From Takakia lepidozioides (lineage: Eukaryota; Plantae; Bryophyta), in NCBI GenBank assembly GCA_030704615.1, contig CM060733.1, forward strand, positions 23,374,001 to 23,438,000: a DNA stretch of 64,000 bases, given 5' to 3'. Below are positions 51,001 through 63,600 of the stretch, piece by piece. The translations under genes and the position numbers were made by a program. Position 1 is the stretch's first letter; each line of letters begins with the position of its first letter. The notes below the pieces were generated by a model. That model was not told the DNA's origin. It saw only the letters and a list, made by a program, of their open reading frames with translations, and did not search any database.

Positions 51001-54000
51001 CCTCGGGCCAGCCATCTGAGAAGAGGCTCCAAAAATACAACAAAAATGTATGGGCTGAGTGTGTCATCTTGTATAGTGCCTCTATTGATTGGTATAGGTG
51101 ATGTATCTCCAAATGAGGGACCCGAGTAAATGGTGGTGCTCTCTATGTATATATTGCCAATGAGCATCACTGCATCTGTCGGGTATCCGAGATCGAACAT
51201 GAGGGCAGTTGCAGGGTTGAGTGGACGAAAAACGGCAGATCCTGCTCCATGAAAGTCCATGACCAATAAAACAAAAGTTGATGATACTATCCAAAATATT
51301 TTTGTAGTGATAGATAATTGTATACTGAACATATTTAGTAAAGAGTCCTACCCCAAATATTAAAGATATAATTCATTAAATATTTTAGTCTATTATTTAG
51401 AGAAATTATGAAAAATTAAAAATTAGAGTTTACAAAAAAAATTCAATATGCCACCTAGACATTGAAGATTATAGGTTTTTATACTTCTAGAAAAAAAGTG
51501 ACAGCCAAAATCCAAAAAACAAGATGAGCTATGGACTTTTTTTTTAAAACGCCTATTTTTTTTACATATATTAGTCCATATGAGTCAAATGACAAATGAT
51601 TTTGCCACTTCAAATCCATACCTATGATGTGGACCAAAATGGCCACCGTAAGTCCAAATTTCAATGGAATTCACCAATGGCACATAGGAGAACTTGAGTC
51701 CATTGTAATTCCATTCACTGTGGTAACAGTCCACAATGACGGTATTCAAAAGTCCATAGCACAGTCATTTCTTATCGGATTCATGATTGGAGAGTTGTTA
51801 TGGGTGCGTATTGAAGCTAGGAATCCAATGACATATATATTTTCTGGTTTTAATGAGTTAATTCAAATTCAATTGATGACACCATCAATTGCAGTCATCT
51901 AAAACTATGCCGGTAACGTCCATTTTGGTCCAGTCAACCCTGCATTCACCCATGACAGAAAGCAGGCGGGCATGGTCAATGGAGCCAAACGCATTTTTAA
52001 AGTCAATGTATAATAAGTATATATTTTGATGTGTATATCGTGCATCCTCAAGGGCAGAGATAATGAGTTGGATTTGTCTAGTTGTACTTCTTGCAGTCCT
52101 AAATCCCTCTTGTGCGTCACTGAGGATATGGTGTTGCTCTCCATAGGACGTGAGGAGGTTGGTTAGGGTACTGGTGAATAACTTATATATGGTATTAGCG
52201 AGGGCTATGATTCTGTAGTTACCAAGTTGAGTGGGGTCATCTTTTTTATAAATCAGTATTGTTTTGCTCTTTTTCCAAGGTTTGGGTATTCGATGTAGCT
52301 GATAGCATGCATAGTAGAAAGAATCGAAAGATTAATCGATGTAAATGTGGGTCCAATGCTTTGAGAACCTCATTAGGTATATTATCTGGTCCAAGTGCTT
52401 TAGAGTTGGATAACGATCTAAGACATGTGTACTAGATTTCGAGGGTGAGGAATGCACTCAGGTCTATGTTCAGAGGACCTCTTCGTTCTGATTTGAATCC
52501 ATCAATGTCATGCCATGGATAATCGCGAGCTTGGCATGCACAGTCACGTTGTATATGAGAGGAGGGCTGGAAGCATGCATGGGTTTGTGGTTGGTACATG
52601 GATGAGGCCTGTTGGTAAATGGTTTTATTTATTGAGTTTGAAGAAGTGTGTAGGATTCCAGCTGTGTCCCGGATCGCTTGTAAAGGGAGAGAGGGGGAAG
52701 AGTTGAAGATTGATTTATGAATGACACGAGGCTTGTCTTGCAACATTTTACAATAGGTTTGGATAAATTTCTTCTGATTATGTTGAGCTTGCTCTTTGGT
52801 AATATTACAAGCAGTTTTTTTGGCATCTTGGCCAATTTTGGAGATTGATTTAATCCATGTTTGAATGTCATCATCATCCTGAGGTACCGGGAAAGTTGTG
52901 TAACATGCAGGGATTGTACGGAAAGCTGTGATATGCAGGGCGTTTCTCCATTGGGGGTCTCGTGGAGTGGTTGAGAGTACTGTAATAGCTTTTCGGATTG
53001 TATGATGTGTGTTTAGTTTTTTTTGTCACTGTCTTTGCTGTGTTCTAGTTAGGTATCCTCCATTTATTTTGGATCTTCCAGTCGGGGGGGAGGTGTGAAC
53101 CACTATACATATGTCAAACGTGCATTATGTGATTTGAGTAAAAAATTGTTGCAGTTTAGAGCTCGCCTCATCCCAGATCTGTGAGGGGGGGTTCAACGAG
53201 CATCGGTCTAGTATACTTTGTAGTTCCGAGATGGTTGAGAAGGATATGGATCTAAATTTAGTCTTGAAAGCCAGGATGGACAAGGGTGAGATAGGAGTAG
53301 GTATTCGAGGTCTTGTATCCAAGGAGAGGTCGTTCAAGATTGGACCTATTGGTATAATATGTGATGGAATGTGGAGGAGAACTGGGTAGTGGTCAGAGTT
53401 ATATATGGGGTCAGAGTTATATTGTGCTGTGTAATTGTGTGGGGTTGTTGTTAGGTGTTTTGAAATAATAGCCATCAATAAGACTATGTGAGGTATAGTC
53501 CAGTCCTCCTTGCCTCGAGAAAGGTTGGTTTGAGGGGATGTACTGGAATCCAAGATTTTGGGTGTAAGATGTCCACTCTATATCTCTTAACGAGGGAAGG
53601 GAATGTACTCCGTTATACAATCTGCCATGTAGGGTTAGATCTATGTTGAAGTCTCCTGCAAGAAGGATTATAGAGGAGGAGTTAATTGGGTTATTTGAGA
53701 AATCTGCAATTTGTTGTAGTATGTCTTGGGTAAGTGGTGCATCATCTGGATGTGAGGGCATATATAGATAGATAATACTGAATTTTGGATAGGGACCGAT
53801 GTGTATTTGCACTATTTGTAGGTGGGTTTTGAGGTGAGATGGGATAGTAATCTTGGAGGTTGTATCTTGCGAGTGCATGGATTTGTGTATTCTAATTGCT
53901 ACCCCTCCCCGAGCTCGTTGATACGGTAAGGCGCGTCTTCTGGTGTATTTTTCTGGTGAGGGAGGGCTACTGTATATCAAATGATATTTATGTAATATCT

Positions 54001-55600
54001 TATTTATGTACGTATTAGACGTATGCGATTGGAGTTTGGTTTCTTGCAGTAGTATAATGTATGGGGGATTCGGCTCTTGGAGTATAAGTGATAGGGTGGG
54101 GACACTAGAGGCGATGGAGCCGATGTTCTATGTGAGACATATCAGGGGCTGATCTAGTAGATAGTTTTGCTCATCAGGAGGAGGGTTGTTTGGAGGCAGG
54201 GGTATAGATGGTGGTGCGTTTGGTATGATGTCAGCAAGATTAACCGACGTGGTTGGTTGTGGTGTATGTTTGGGTGTGCAAAAACCAAGTAGACATGTGA
54301 GGATGTTTAGTGTGGCAGAGAGGATCTCCGGTGATATGAAAGGAAACTTCGTGGTGATATATTGTAGGATATGGCAAGATGTGAGTGGGAGAGATAACAA
54401 ATACGTTGTGATTAGTTGGTGAATATGGTCAGGTGGAGCTTGGAGGAGATCAAGAGAGTTGTGAAGGCAGTTGAGGGGGTATGGCAGGGCTTTATATTGC
54501 GATGGGTGTTTAGGGAGTGTTTGGAGTTTTGATAGTGTGGATAGTATGCGTGTCTCCAGTTTTTCAGAGAGTAGGATGTCACATTTTTTTTGTTTTGGTG
54601 ATATACATATAATATATGTAAAAAATACATGGTCTTTAGGATAGCATCTGAGTTTGTAACTATTATGAGCGAGAAGTGGATGCTCAGATGTGGTTATACC
54701 ATATGGAGGTGCATCCGGATTGTCTGGGTCAAGAATGTATTGTGGTTTAGGTAGGAACGGGTCAAAGGATATCGAGAGAAGATGTTTTACTGTAATTTAG
54801 CGTAATTGTGGAGGGGTAAAAGTATATGTCATATCTTGTTTTGGCCGCTTTGGATATGCGTTTAACAATGTTTTGAATGGAGTCTAGTACATGGACAACA
54901 TTAATGATTGGATTAGTAGCTAGTGGTATTATGCAACAGTGTCGGTTTGTAGGGCCTGGGTGGGGGTCCACATCGTATGAATAGTATATGTAATTGCGTA
55001 GTTGTATAGTTGTGCATCCATTTGTGTAATTTTCGTTGAGCTTGTTTGGAGATGGGAGGATCAGTATTTGTTCTACCTTTTGGGATAGTTGGGAGTTGTT
55101 GTTGTTCGTTGAGAATATTGGCAGGGAATCTGTGGGTTGTTTTATGCGCTGATAGCTATTCTTTGTATTGTCACAAGGCTATAGATATTTTATAGAATAT
55201 TTGTTCGTGAAACCGTACAGCTGCTGAAATAGTGAGATTTTGTGAAGGGGTGAGTATAACATATGGTTGGTTTATGGTATTATTGGCGTGGTTCTAGCTT
55301 TAGAGTAATTTGCGTAGGGCAAAAAGTCTGGGTGTATCTATCTTTTGTCGTCTTGGGGGGATGATTGACCATATTTTGTATTGGGCTGGTTACGCTCGGT
55401 TCGTATTTATGACGGCGGGTGTTTTTGGGGGCTTGGTATTATCAAGTATATACGAGGCGCTTGTAGTATATTGGGCCGTAATAGTGTATGTATATATGCA
55501 ATATTGTTGGGTTTCAGTTTATGTGTCATGAACATACGGAGTCCAAATAGAGAGAATTATTATTTTTTCTTCTATTTTTAAATTATTATATTATTTTTAT
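48006..55600 (-). mobile_element. Degenerate non-LTR retrotransposon with both APE and RLE endonucleases (Dualen/RandI-like)
   Basis: APE: LQETK (~54045), RGGVAI, AGDFN, IDG, SDHYPV. RT: YIDFKNAFGSIDH (~52000), GTIQDDTLSP, AYADDL (~50945), YTYLG. Chromo-like segment ~49712-49560. CCHC: CTLC..DTWPHLLLHC (~48785-48720). RLE: PDILL..IIEF..KCEKYEPL..AGVKG (48510-48280). (CATA)n 3' tail at 48006-48025. 5' boundary approximate. Confidence 0.85.
51203..51951. mobile_element. ~750-bp MITE inserted in the LINE RT; TIRs related to 23976-24725
   Basis: TIRs GGGCAGTTGCAGGGTTGAGTGGAC / GTCCAGTCAACCCTGCATTCACCC. ATGA on both flanks. Removal restores RT ..HARLLSVMFDLGYP.. Confidence 0.82.
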
Positions 55601-56206
55601 TTAATTTTCTATTCGTGTCTTGGTGTGAATGGGATGAAAGGGATAGTGCAAAAGAGTCATTACCCCTTGGATGGAAAAGAAAAATCTTCTTGTTTCAGTC
55701 ATTAAACCTGTCTCTTCCATGCAAGGTTAATAGATATGGTCTGGTTCAGGATTTCAACTAGTTGCAAAACAACATATCTACATGGGAGGTAGCAAGAGCA
55801 CTATGAGAAGAGAACCTTCTTGCTTCAATCATTAACTTGTCTCTTCCGTGCCAAGTTAGTAGGTATCTGCTGCAGAAGTTCAACGATCATAGGAGTCGAC
55901 TGATCAGAGCCCTGAGTGGGCATTGCATCAAGCTGAGTAAGTGGCGGAATTTGTAGTTAAAGAGAGCCTGAGGCTTGTGTGGGCGGGGACATCATGGATG
56001 TGGTCGGTTCGCCCGCTGCAATCTGAAGCCTCGATAGAGTGAAAGCAGGGAGTTTGGGAATCACATGGAGTTGAAACTGGGTTTGATATGATGACATATG
56101 AGGCGCAATTTCACCTGAACAGTTAGTCCTTGAGATTGGTAATATATACCTTGGTTTGATCCTCAATCTCGTGTACCACACTTGCCTGAAATTTTGAGAG
56201 CTCCAA

Positions 56207-56385
56207 TGTCGTGCGCATACATATCGCTACACAACTACAATCGCTGTCCAAAACCACACAACACATGTGCACACCACACACTAGTATAACCACTAGTCTA
56301 CCACTAGTCCAACCACTAGGCTACAACTAGTCAGTCACTTAGGCTGCCACTACGCTGCCCCACTATGGCAGTCACTGTCCACACA
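56207..56385 (-). repeat. Extra copy of the short Gypsy LTR (TG...CA)
   Basis: Near-identical to 56721-56914 (TGTCGTGCGCATACATATCG...GTCCACACA). Confidence 0.75.
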
Positions 56386-56720
56386 ATAGATAAAGAAGAG
56401 CAATACAAGCACAAGCTCATGCGAGCTCACCAAAGCTGAAGCACAAAACTCATGCATATATAACCTCATCACTCAAATACAAGTCAAGCCAAGTGCACCC
56501 ACGCCATGGGGAATCCACACTACGGCGCATCATAGCTAGGCGCGGTGAGGCTCAACTCGAGAAAGATGAGCCTCCGCGGCTTGCCGTGAAGATAAACCAC
56601 TCCAGGGCCTAAATCTGCCTGACCCCTGGATATTGACACTTGGGCCATCCCAATGTTCAATATGTAAAAGCTAGCTATTTCCTAGCTTGTTCACACAGTG
56701 TAAAATAACTTGACAGCGTA

Positions 56721-56914
56721 TGTCGTGCGCATACATATCGCTACACAAACATAATCGCTGTCCAAAACCACACAACACATGTGCACACCACACACTAGTA
56801 TACCAGTAGTCTACCACTAGTCAGCCACTAGTCCAAACCACCACTAGGCTACAACTAGTCAGTCACTAGGCTGCACCCTACGCTGCCCCACTATGGCAGT
56901 CACTAGTCCACACA
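56721..56914 (-). repeat. 3' LTR (~194 bp) of the Gypsy element, preceded by a polypurine tract
   Basis: Minus strand reads AGGGGGG-CGAT-TGTGTGGAC...GCGCACGACA. Internal ACTAGT repeats. Confidence 0.8.
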
Positions 56915-57186
56915 ATCGCCCCCCTAGCTGGTGCCTTAGGTCCCTCTAAGTCCAGGTAGCCACAAGATGTGATAGTGACCACATAGCCTCACTAAGTCCT
57001 CCACCACTATCCCTACTACACTCAAACTCGATAGATCAAGAGGCCGGGTGCAAGAGTTGCCCCATCGTTAGTCGCCGTCTTGCAACCTGTGAACTTGAGC
57101 TTGGGATCTCATGTATTGACTCCTATGAGCTTGGCCTCCCATGTCTTGTTAGCTGCCTCCAGTCATGTCCACTGCCACTATCCCAA

Positions 57187-57319
57187 GCAGTGTGGACACA
57201 CCAATCTCCGTCAGGCACCTTCTCAAGAGGTGGTGTCAAGCATCCATATGCCAACCCCTTGAGCACCGATCACACACCAGCATGGTGGCTGCCCCTTTGG
57301 CAGACCCACAGAGCATGCA
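57187..57319 (-). other. PHD finger (C4HC3) at the integrase C-terminus
   Basis: With two 1-nt indels corrected: CMLCGSAKGAATMLVCDRCSRGWHMGCLTPPLEKVPDGDWVCPHC. Repeated at ~61125-60991. Confidence 0.85.
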
Positions 57320-60145
57320 CCTCAAACCTGCAGGTACCACTGCCAAGTTTGGGTCAACTCTGCCATCGACATGGGAAGGTGACATGGCGCACAATTACGC
57401 ACATGGTCTTTCCAAGTCATGCCATCCCGACCCTCTAAGATCAGGGACCCCTGAGGGCAAAACACCTCTCGAACCCTCAGAATATAACACGCCCTGCAGT
57501 AACATCCAGGAGTCGTAGGAGCAGTCTGCTGCAAATAAACATAGTCACCAGGGCTTCTAAACCTCCGAACCCCAGGACGATATCCTCCACCACGTATAGG
57601 GCATACCTCAACGTATCACGGTGCTGTGCAATGGCAAGGTTCTCAAAAGCCATGGGCATCACATGACTTTCTTGAACAACTCTGCACGCTTGATCACCAT
57701 GCACGTACCCACACGTCCGGATCGTCAAGGTTAAGGACTTGAGCAGTGTCCTACGAATGGCTGCAGGCAATCCGGCTCTCGGCCAAAGAGAAGGAAATAT
57801 GGTGGAGAAGGAGGAAAGTGATGCTTTGTTGCTGAACCTGTAGCCCATGGCTAACCAAGGAACCTGAAGATCCCAATCTCCTAGGTGTCCCTTCTGCAAG
57901 CCATACTTGCGGCAACCCCTCTCAACCGTCTGAACAACTCTCTCTGCTAAGCCCATCGCCTCAGGATTGATCCCGAGAAGGTTTGCGGTGGTCTATCAAG
58001 GCTTTATCACACAAAGCCTGAAACTCCCCCAAGAACTCTCTCCCTTGGTCCGTGAGTACCTCAGCTGGAGCACCAAATCGGCTAAGCACACGTCCAAGAA
58101 TGCATACGCAACCCCCTCACTAGCCTTGTCAGGCAATGGAACCAACTCAATCCACTTGGAGAAGAGTGCTCCACCATCACCAACACATATCTGTGGTGGC
58201 GGCATAGTCAGTGGCAACGGTCCTGCGAAAGTCAAGACTCACCTGTAGCCCAATCCATGATAGGTAAAGGATGCAACTTGTGGTGTAGGGGCGTTGAATG
58301 AAGCACACACCCTGTCACACACCATGCACCTAGCCACAAACTGTTGCACTACCTCTGTATGCATACCACGCCACCAATACTGCCCCTGCAGTAAACTGTG
58401 AGTGCGTCGCACTCCAAAATGCCCCCAACTCCCTCATGGGCATGCAGCCACTAACCGTGCACGCTGTGTGGGGTGAGGCACAATCCTCACCCGACCATCC
58501 TCCCACACTCAAAGTAGGTGTATCCCCTCCCACTTGAACCTCTTGGCTCGTTGCAGGATCCGATCCCTCTCCCTGGCAGTCACAATGGCTGCCGTGTCTC
58601 CCGTGCGGAGGAGGTAGTCCAACACAGCCAAATCCTCATGTATATCTCTGGCACCACCTAGCTCATCACTAGCCTCAGGGTCCTCAGACACTCCGTCTAC
58701 AGTCATCCCTGTTGTAGGCAATCTGACCTCCCGATGCCAAGATACACAAAAATGCAGATGCGTGCCATCCTGGCACCATCTCCTCGTCCGTCTCACCATG
58801 CCACCAGCTCCAGTGTCATCCTGCTTGGCTCATGCATGGATTGCGACTCAATCCATCGGCATCCCGATTGACCAAACCCGTTCGAATGGCACAACCTGAA
58901 AGTCATACTCCTGGAGTAAAAGTGCCCATCGTGCAAGCTTCCCGTAAGCTTGTCTGACTCCATCAACCACTTGAGTGGCTGGTGATCCGTGACAAGGGTG
59001 AGGAGGATTGCCGTATAGATAGCACTGAAGTGTGCCACGGCCCACACTGCAGCTAAGCACTCTCCCTCATATGAGCTGTACTTAGCCTCTACAGCGTTGT
59101 TCGAGCGGCTAGCGTAGTACTACGAACTCTCTTCCCTCATCATCCACCTGTGTGGCACCGCTCCAAGCCCCAGCATGCTCCAATCCGTATAGCAGCTGAA
59201 AGGGACGCCCCCTGATAGGTAGGTGTCTCAAGATAGGCGCCGAGGTCAACCTCGCCTTGAGCTCTTGAAAAGCTCGTTCCTGCTCATCTTCCCACTGCCA
59301 CTCCTGGTCCACCTTGGTCAGCTTGGTTAGAGCCTTTGCAATGGTACTAAATCCCTTTGACAAACCGTCTATAAATAGTTGCCACCCCATGAAAGCTCGA
59401 ACTCGGCTCACATCCGTGGGCGTGGAAATTTGTGCAATGGCTCTACCTTAGTCTGCTGTACCCCCAATCCTCCAGGATATATCATGTGACCCAGATACTC
59501 AATCTGGTTTGGGAAAAACTTGCACTTCCCCGGATGCAACTTCAATCCGTGCCCTCTCAAGCGCTCCAATACCACCTGAAGGTGTCTCTCATGCTCCTCC
59601 ATCGTAACACTAAAGATGATGATGTCATCTAATGTAGCACCGAGCAAAGTCCACCCCTGCTAGAATCCTATCCATTGACTCTCTGAAACTCGTAGGAGCA
59701 TTCTTAAGCCAAATGGTAGAGAACCGCCACTGATATAGGCAATCCTTGCGTGCTCATTGATCCCCCAGAATGCCGTCTTCTGATTGTCCGCCTCCTTGAT
59801 TGCAATTGGTGATATCCGGATCGTAAATCCAAAGTGCTAAAGGCACCTTAGCATGCCCGATGGCATCAAAGATCTACTCTTGGGTGTTGGCATGGCATAC
59901 TTATCGGACTTGGTCTGACGATTTATAGGCCGGTAACTCACCGCAAACATACTCTCTCCGTCAAATTGCCATAGACATCCTTCTTGGCTGGCATCACTGT
60001 GGCTGAAGGCATAACTCTTCCACCAGAGAGCTCACCAACCTGCCTCCCAGAGATCTTGAGTCCTCATCTGAATCAAAGACCTCTCATGTCACTGTATCTA
60101 TAGGGTCTCCGAAAATTGGCGTGTCAGTGGCCAACTCAAATACGG

Positions 60146-60645
60146 NNNNNNNNNNNNNNNNNNNNNNNNNNNNNNNNNNNNNNNNNNNNNNNNNNNNNNN
60201 NNNNNNNNNNNNNNNNNNNNNNNNNNNNNNNNNNNNNNNNNNNNNNNNNNNNNNNNNNNNNNNNNNNNNNNNNNNNNNNNNNNNNNNNNNNNNNNNNNNN
60301 NNNNNNNNNNNNNNNNNNNNNNNNNNNNNNNNNNNNNNNNNNNNNNNNNNNNNNNNNNNNNNNNNNNNNNNNNNNNNNNNNNNNNNNNNNNNNNNNNNNN
60401 NNNNNNNNNNNNNNNNNNNNNNNNNNNNNNNNNNNNNNNNNNNNNNNNNNNNNNNNNNNNNNNNNNNNNNNNNNNNNNNNNNNNNNNNNNNNNNNNNNNN
60501 NNNNNNNNNNNNNNNNNNNNNNNNNNNNNNNNNNNNNNNNNNNNNNNNNNNNNNNNNNNNNNNNNNNNNNNNNNNNNNNNNNNNNNNNNNNNNNNNNNNN
60601 NNNNNNNNNNNNNNNNNNNNNNNNNNNNNNNNNNNNNNNNNNNNN
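60146..60645. other. Assembly gap (500 N)
   Basis: Run of N. Confidence 1.
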
Positions 60646-63600
60646 CAGGCTTAAACTAGTCAGTCACTAGGCTGACCAATACGCTGCCCACTATGGCAGT
60701 CACGAGTCCACACAATCGCCCACCCTAGCTGGTTGCTTAGGTCCCTCTAAGTCCAGGTCAGCCAAAAGATGTGATAGGAGTGACCCATAGCTCACTAAGT
60801 CCTCCACCACTAGCATACTACACTCAAACTCAGATAGATCAAGAGGCCGGGTGCAAGAGTTGCCCCATCGTTAGTCGCCGTCTTGCAACCTCGTGAACTT
60901 GAGCTTGGGATTCATGTATTGACTCCTATGAGCTTGGCCTCCCATGTCTTTGTTAGCTGCCTCCAGTCATGTCCACTGCCACTATCCCAAGCAGTGTGGA
61001 CACAACCAATCTCCGTCAGGGCACCTTCTCAAGAGGTGGTGTCAAGCATCCATATGCAACCCTTGAGCACCGAGCACACACAGCATGGTGGCTGCCCCTT
61101 TGCGCAGACCCACAGAGCATGACCTCAAACCTGCATGGTCACTGCCAATTTGGGTCAACCTGCCATCGACATTGGGAAGGTGACATGGCGCACAATTACG
61201 CACATGGTCTTTCAAGTCATGCATCCCGACCCTCTAAGAGCAGGACCCCTGAGGGCAACACCTCTCGAACCCTCGAATAACACGCCTGCAGAACATCCAG
61301 AGTCGTAGGAGCAGTCTGCGCAAATAAAACATAGTCACCAGGGCTAAACCTCCGAACCCAGGACGATATCCTCCACCACGTATAGTGGCATACCTCAACG
61401 TATCACGGGCGTTGCAATGGCAAGGTTCTCAAAAGCCATGGGCTGACTTTCTTGAACAACTTGCACGCTGATCACATGCACGTACCCACACGTCAGGATC
61501 GTCAAGGTTAAGGACTGAGCAGTGTCCCTACGAATGGCTGCAGGCAAATCCGGCTCTCGGCCAAAGAGAAGGAAATATGGTGAGCGGAGGCAAGTGATGC
61601 TTGTTTGCTGAACCTGTAGCCCATGGCTACACAAGGAACTGAAGATCCCAATCTCCTAGGTGGCCCATTCTGCAAGCCATACTTGCGCAAACCCCTCTTC
61701 ACCGTCTGAACAAACTCTCTATGCTAAGCCCATCGGCCTCAGGATGATCCCGAGAAGTGGTGCGGTGGTCTATCAGGCTTATCACACAAAGCCTGAAACT
61801 CCCCCAAGAACTCTCTCCTTGGTCCGTGAGTACCTCAGCTGAGTCACCAAATCGGCTAAGCACACGATCAAAGAATGCATACGAGCCCCCTCACTAGCCT
61901 TGTCAGGCAATGGAACCAACTCAATCCACTTGGAGAAGTGCTTCCACCTCACCAACACATATCTGTGGTGGCGCATAGTCGAGTGGCAACGGTCCTGCGA
62001 AGTCAAGACTCCACCTGTAGCCAATCCCATGATAGGTAAAGGATGCAACTGTGGTGTAGGGGCGTTGAATGAAGCACACAACCCTGTCACACACCATGCA
62101 CCTAGCAACAAACTGTTGCACCTCTGTATGCATACCACGCCACCAATACTGCCCTGCAGTAAACTGTGAGTGCGTCGCACTCCAAAATGCCCCAACTCCT
62201 CATGGGCATGCCGCACTAACCGTGCACGCTGTGTGGGGTGAGGCACAATCCTCACCCGACCATCCTCCCACACTCAAAGTAGGTGTATCCCCTCCCACTT
62301 GAACTCTTGGCTCGTTGCAGGATCGATCCCTCTCCTGGCAGTCACAATGGCTGCCGTGTCTCCCGTGCGGAGGTAGTCCCACACAGCCAAATCCTCATGT
62401 ATATCTCTGGCACCACCTAGCTCATCACTAGCCTCAGGGTCCTCAGACACTCCGTCTACAGTCATCCCTGTTGTAGGTCCAATCTGACCTCCCGATGCCA
62501 AGATACACAAAAATGCAGATGCGTGCCATCCTGGCACCATCTCCTCGTCCGTCACCATGCCACCGAGCTCCAGTGTCATCCTGCTGGCTCATGCATGGAT
62601 TGCGACTCAATCCATCCGCATCCCGATTGACCAAACCGGTCGATGCACAACTGAAAGTCATACTCCTGGAGTATAAGTGCCCATCGTGCAAGCTTCCCCG
62701 TAAGCTTGTCTGACTCCATCAACCACTTGAGTGGCTGGTGATCCGTGACAAGGGTGAAAGAGATTGCCGTATAGATAGCCCCTGAAGTGTGCCACGGCCC
62801 ACACACTGCAGCTAAGCACCTCCCTCATATGAGCTGACTTAGCCTCTGCAGCGTTGTTCGAGCGGCTAGCGTAAGCCACTACGAACTCTCTTCCCTCATC
62901 ATCCACCTGTGTGAGCACCGCTCCAAGCCCCAGCATGCTCCAATCCGTATGCAGCTGAAAGGGACGCCCCCTGATAGGTCGTCTCAAGATAGGCGCCGAG
63001 GTCAACCTCGCCTTGAGCTCTTGAAAAGCTCGTTCCTGCTCATCTTCCCACTGCCACTCCTGGTCCACCTTGGTCAGCTTGGTTAGAGCCTTTGCAATGG
63101 TACTAAATCCTTTGACAAACCGTCTATAATAGTTTGCCAACCCCATGAAAGCTCGAACTGGCTCACATCCGTGGGGCGTGGAATTTGTGCAATGGCCTCT
63201 ACCTTAGTCTGCTGTACCCCCAATCCTCCAGGATATATCATGTGACCCAGATACTCAATCTGGTTGTGGAAAAACTTGCACTTCCCGGATGCAACTTCAA
63301 TCCGTGCCCTCTCAAGCGCTCCAATACCACCTGAAGGTGTCTCTCATGCTCCTCCATCGTAACACTAAGATGATGATGTCATCTATGTAGCACCGAGCAA
63401 AGTCCACCCCTGCTAGAATCCTATCCATGACTCTCTGAAACTCTGCAGGAGCATTCTTAAGCCCAAATGGTAAGAACCGCCACTGATATAGGCAATCCTT
63501 GCCGTGCTCATTGATCCCCCAGAATGCCGTCTTCTGCTTGTCCGCCTCCTTGATTGGCAACTGGTGATATCCGGATCGTAAATCCAAAGTGCTAAAGGCC

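Larger units (their letters stand above)
56721..60145 (-). mobile_element. Ty3/Gypsy copy 2 (RT-RH-IN-PHD-PPT-LTR), same family as 20120-26481
   Basis: RT/RH nearly identical to the 20-21 kb copy. Integrase HHCC region and ERVVQTV. PHD at 57319-57187. Many single-base indels. Confidence 0.9.

Noticed and set aside
54400-55550. N-terminal cysteine-protease domain of the LINE
   Set aside because: Expected for Dualen, but catalytic motifs could not be identified by eye.
60116-60670. ORFs of 177-184 aa in the track
   Set aside because: Artefacts of the N gap.
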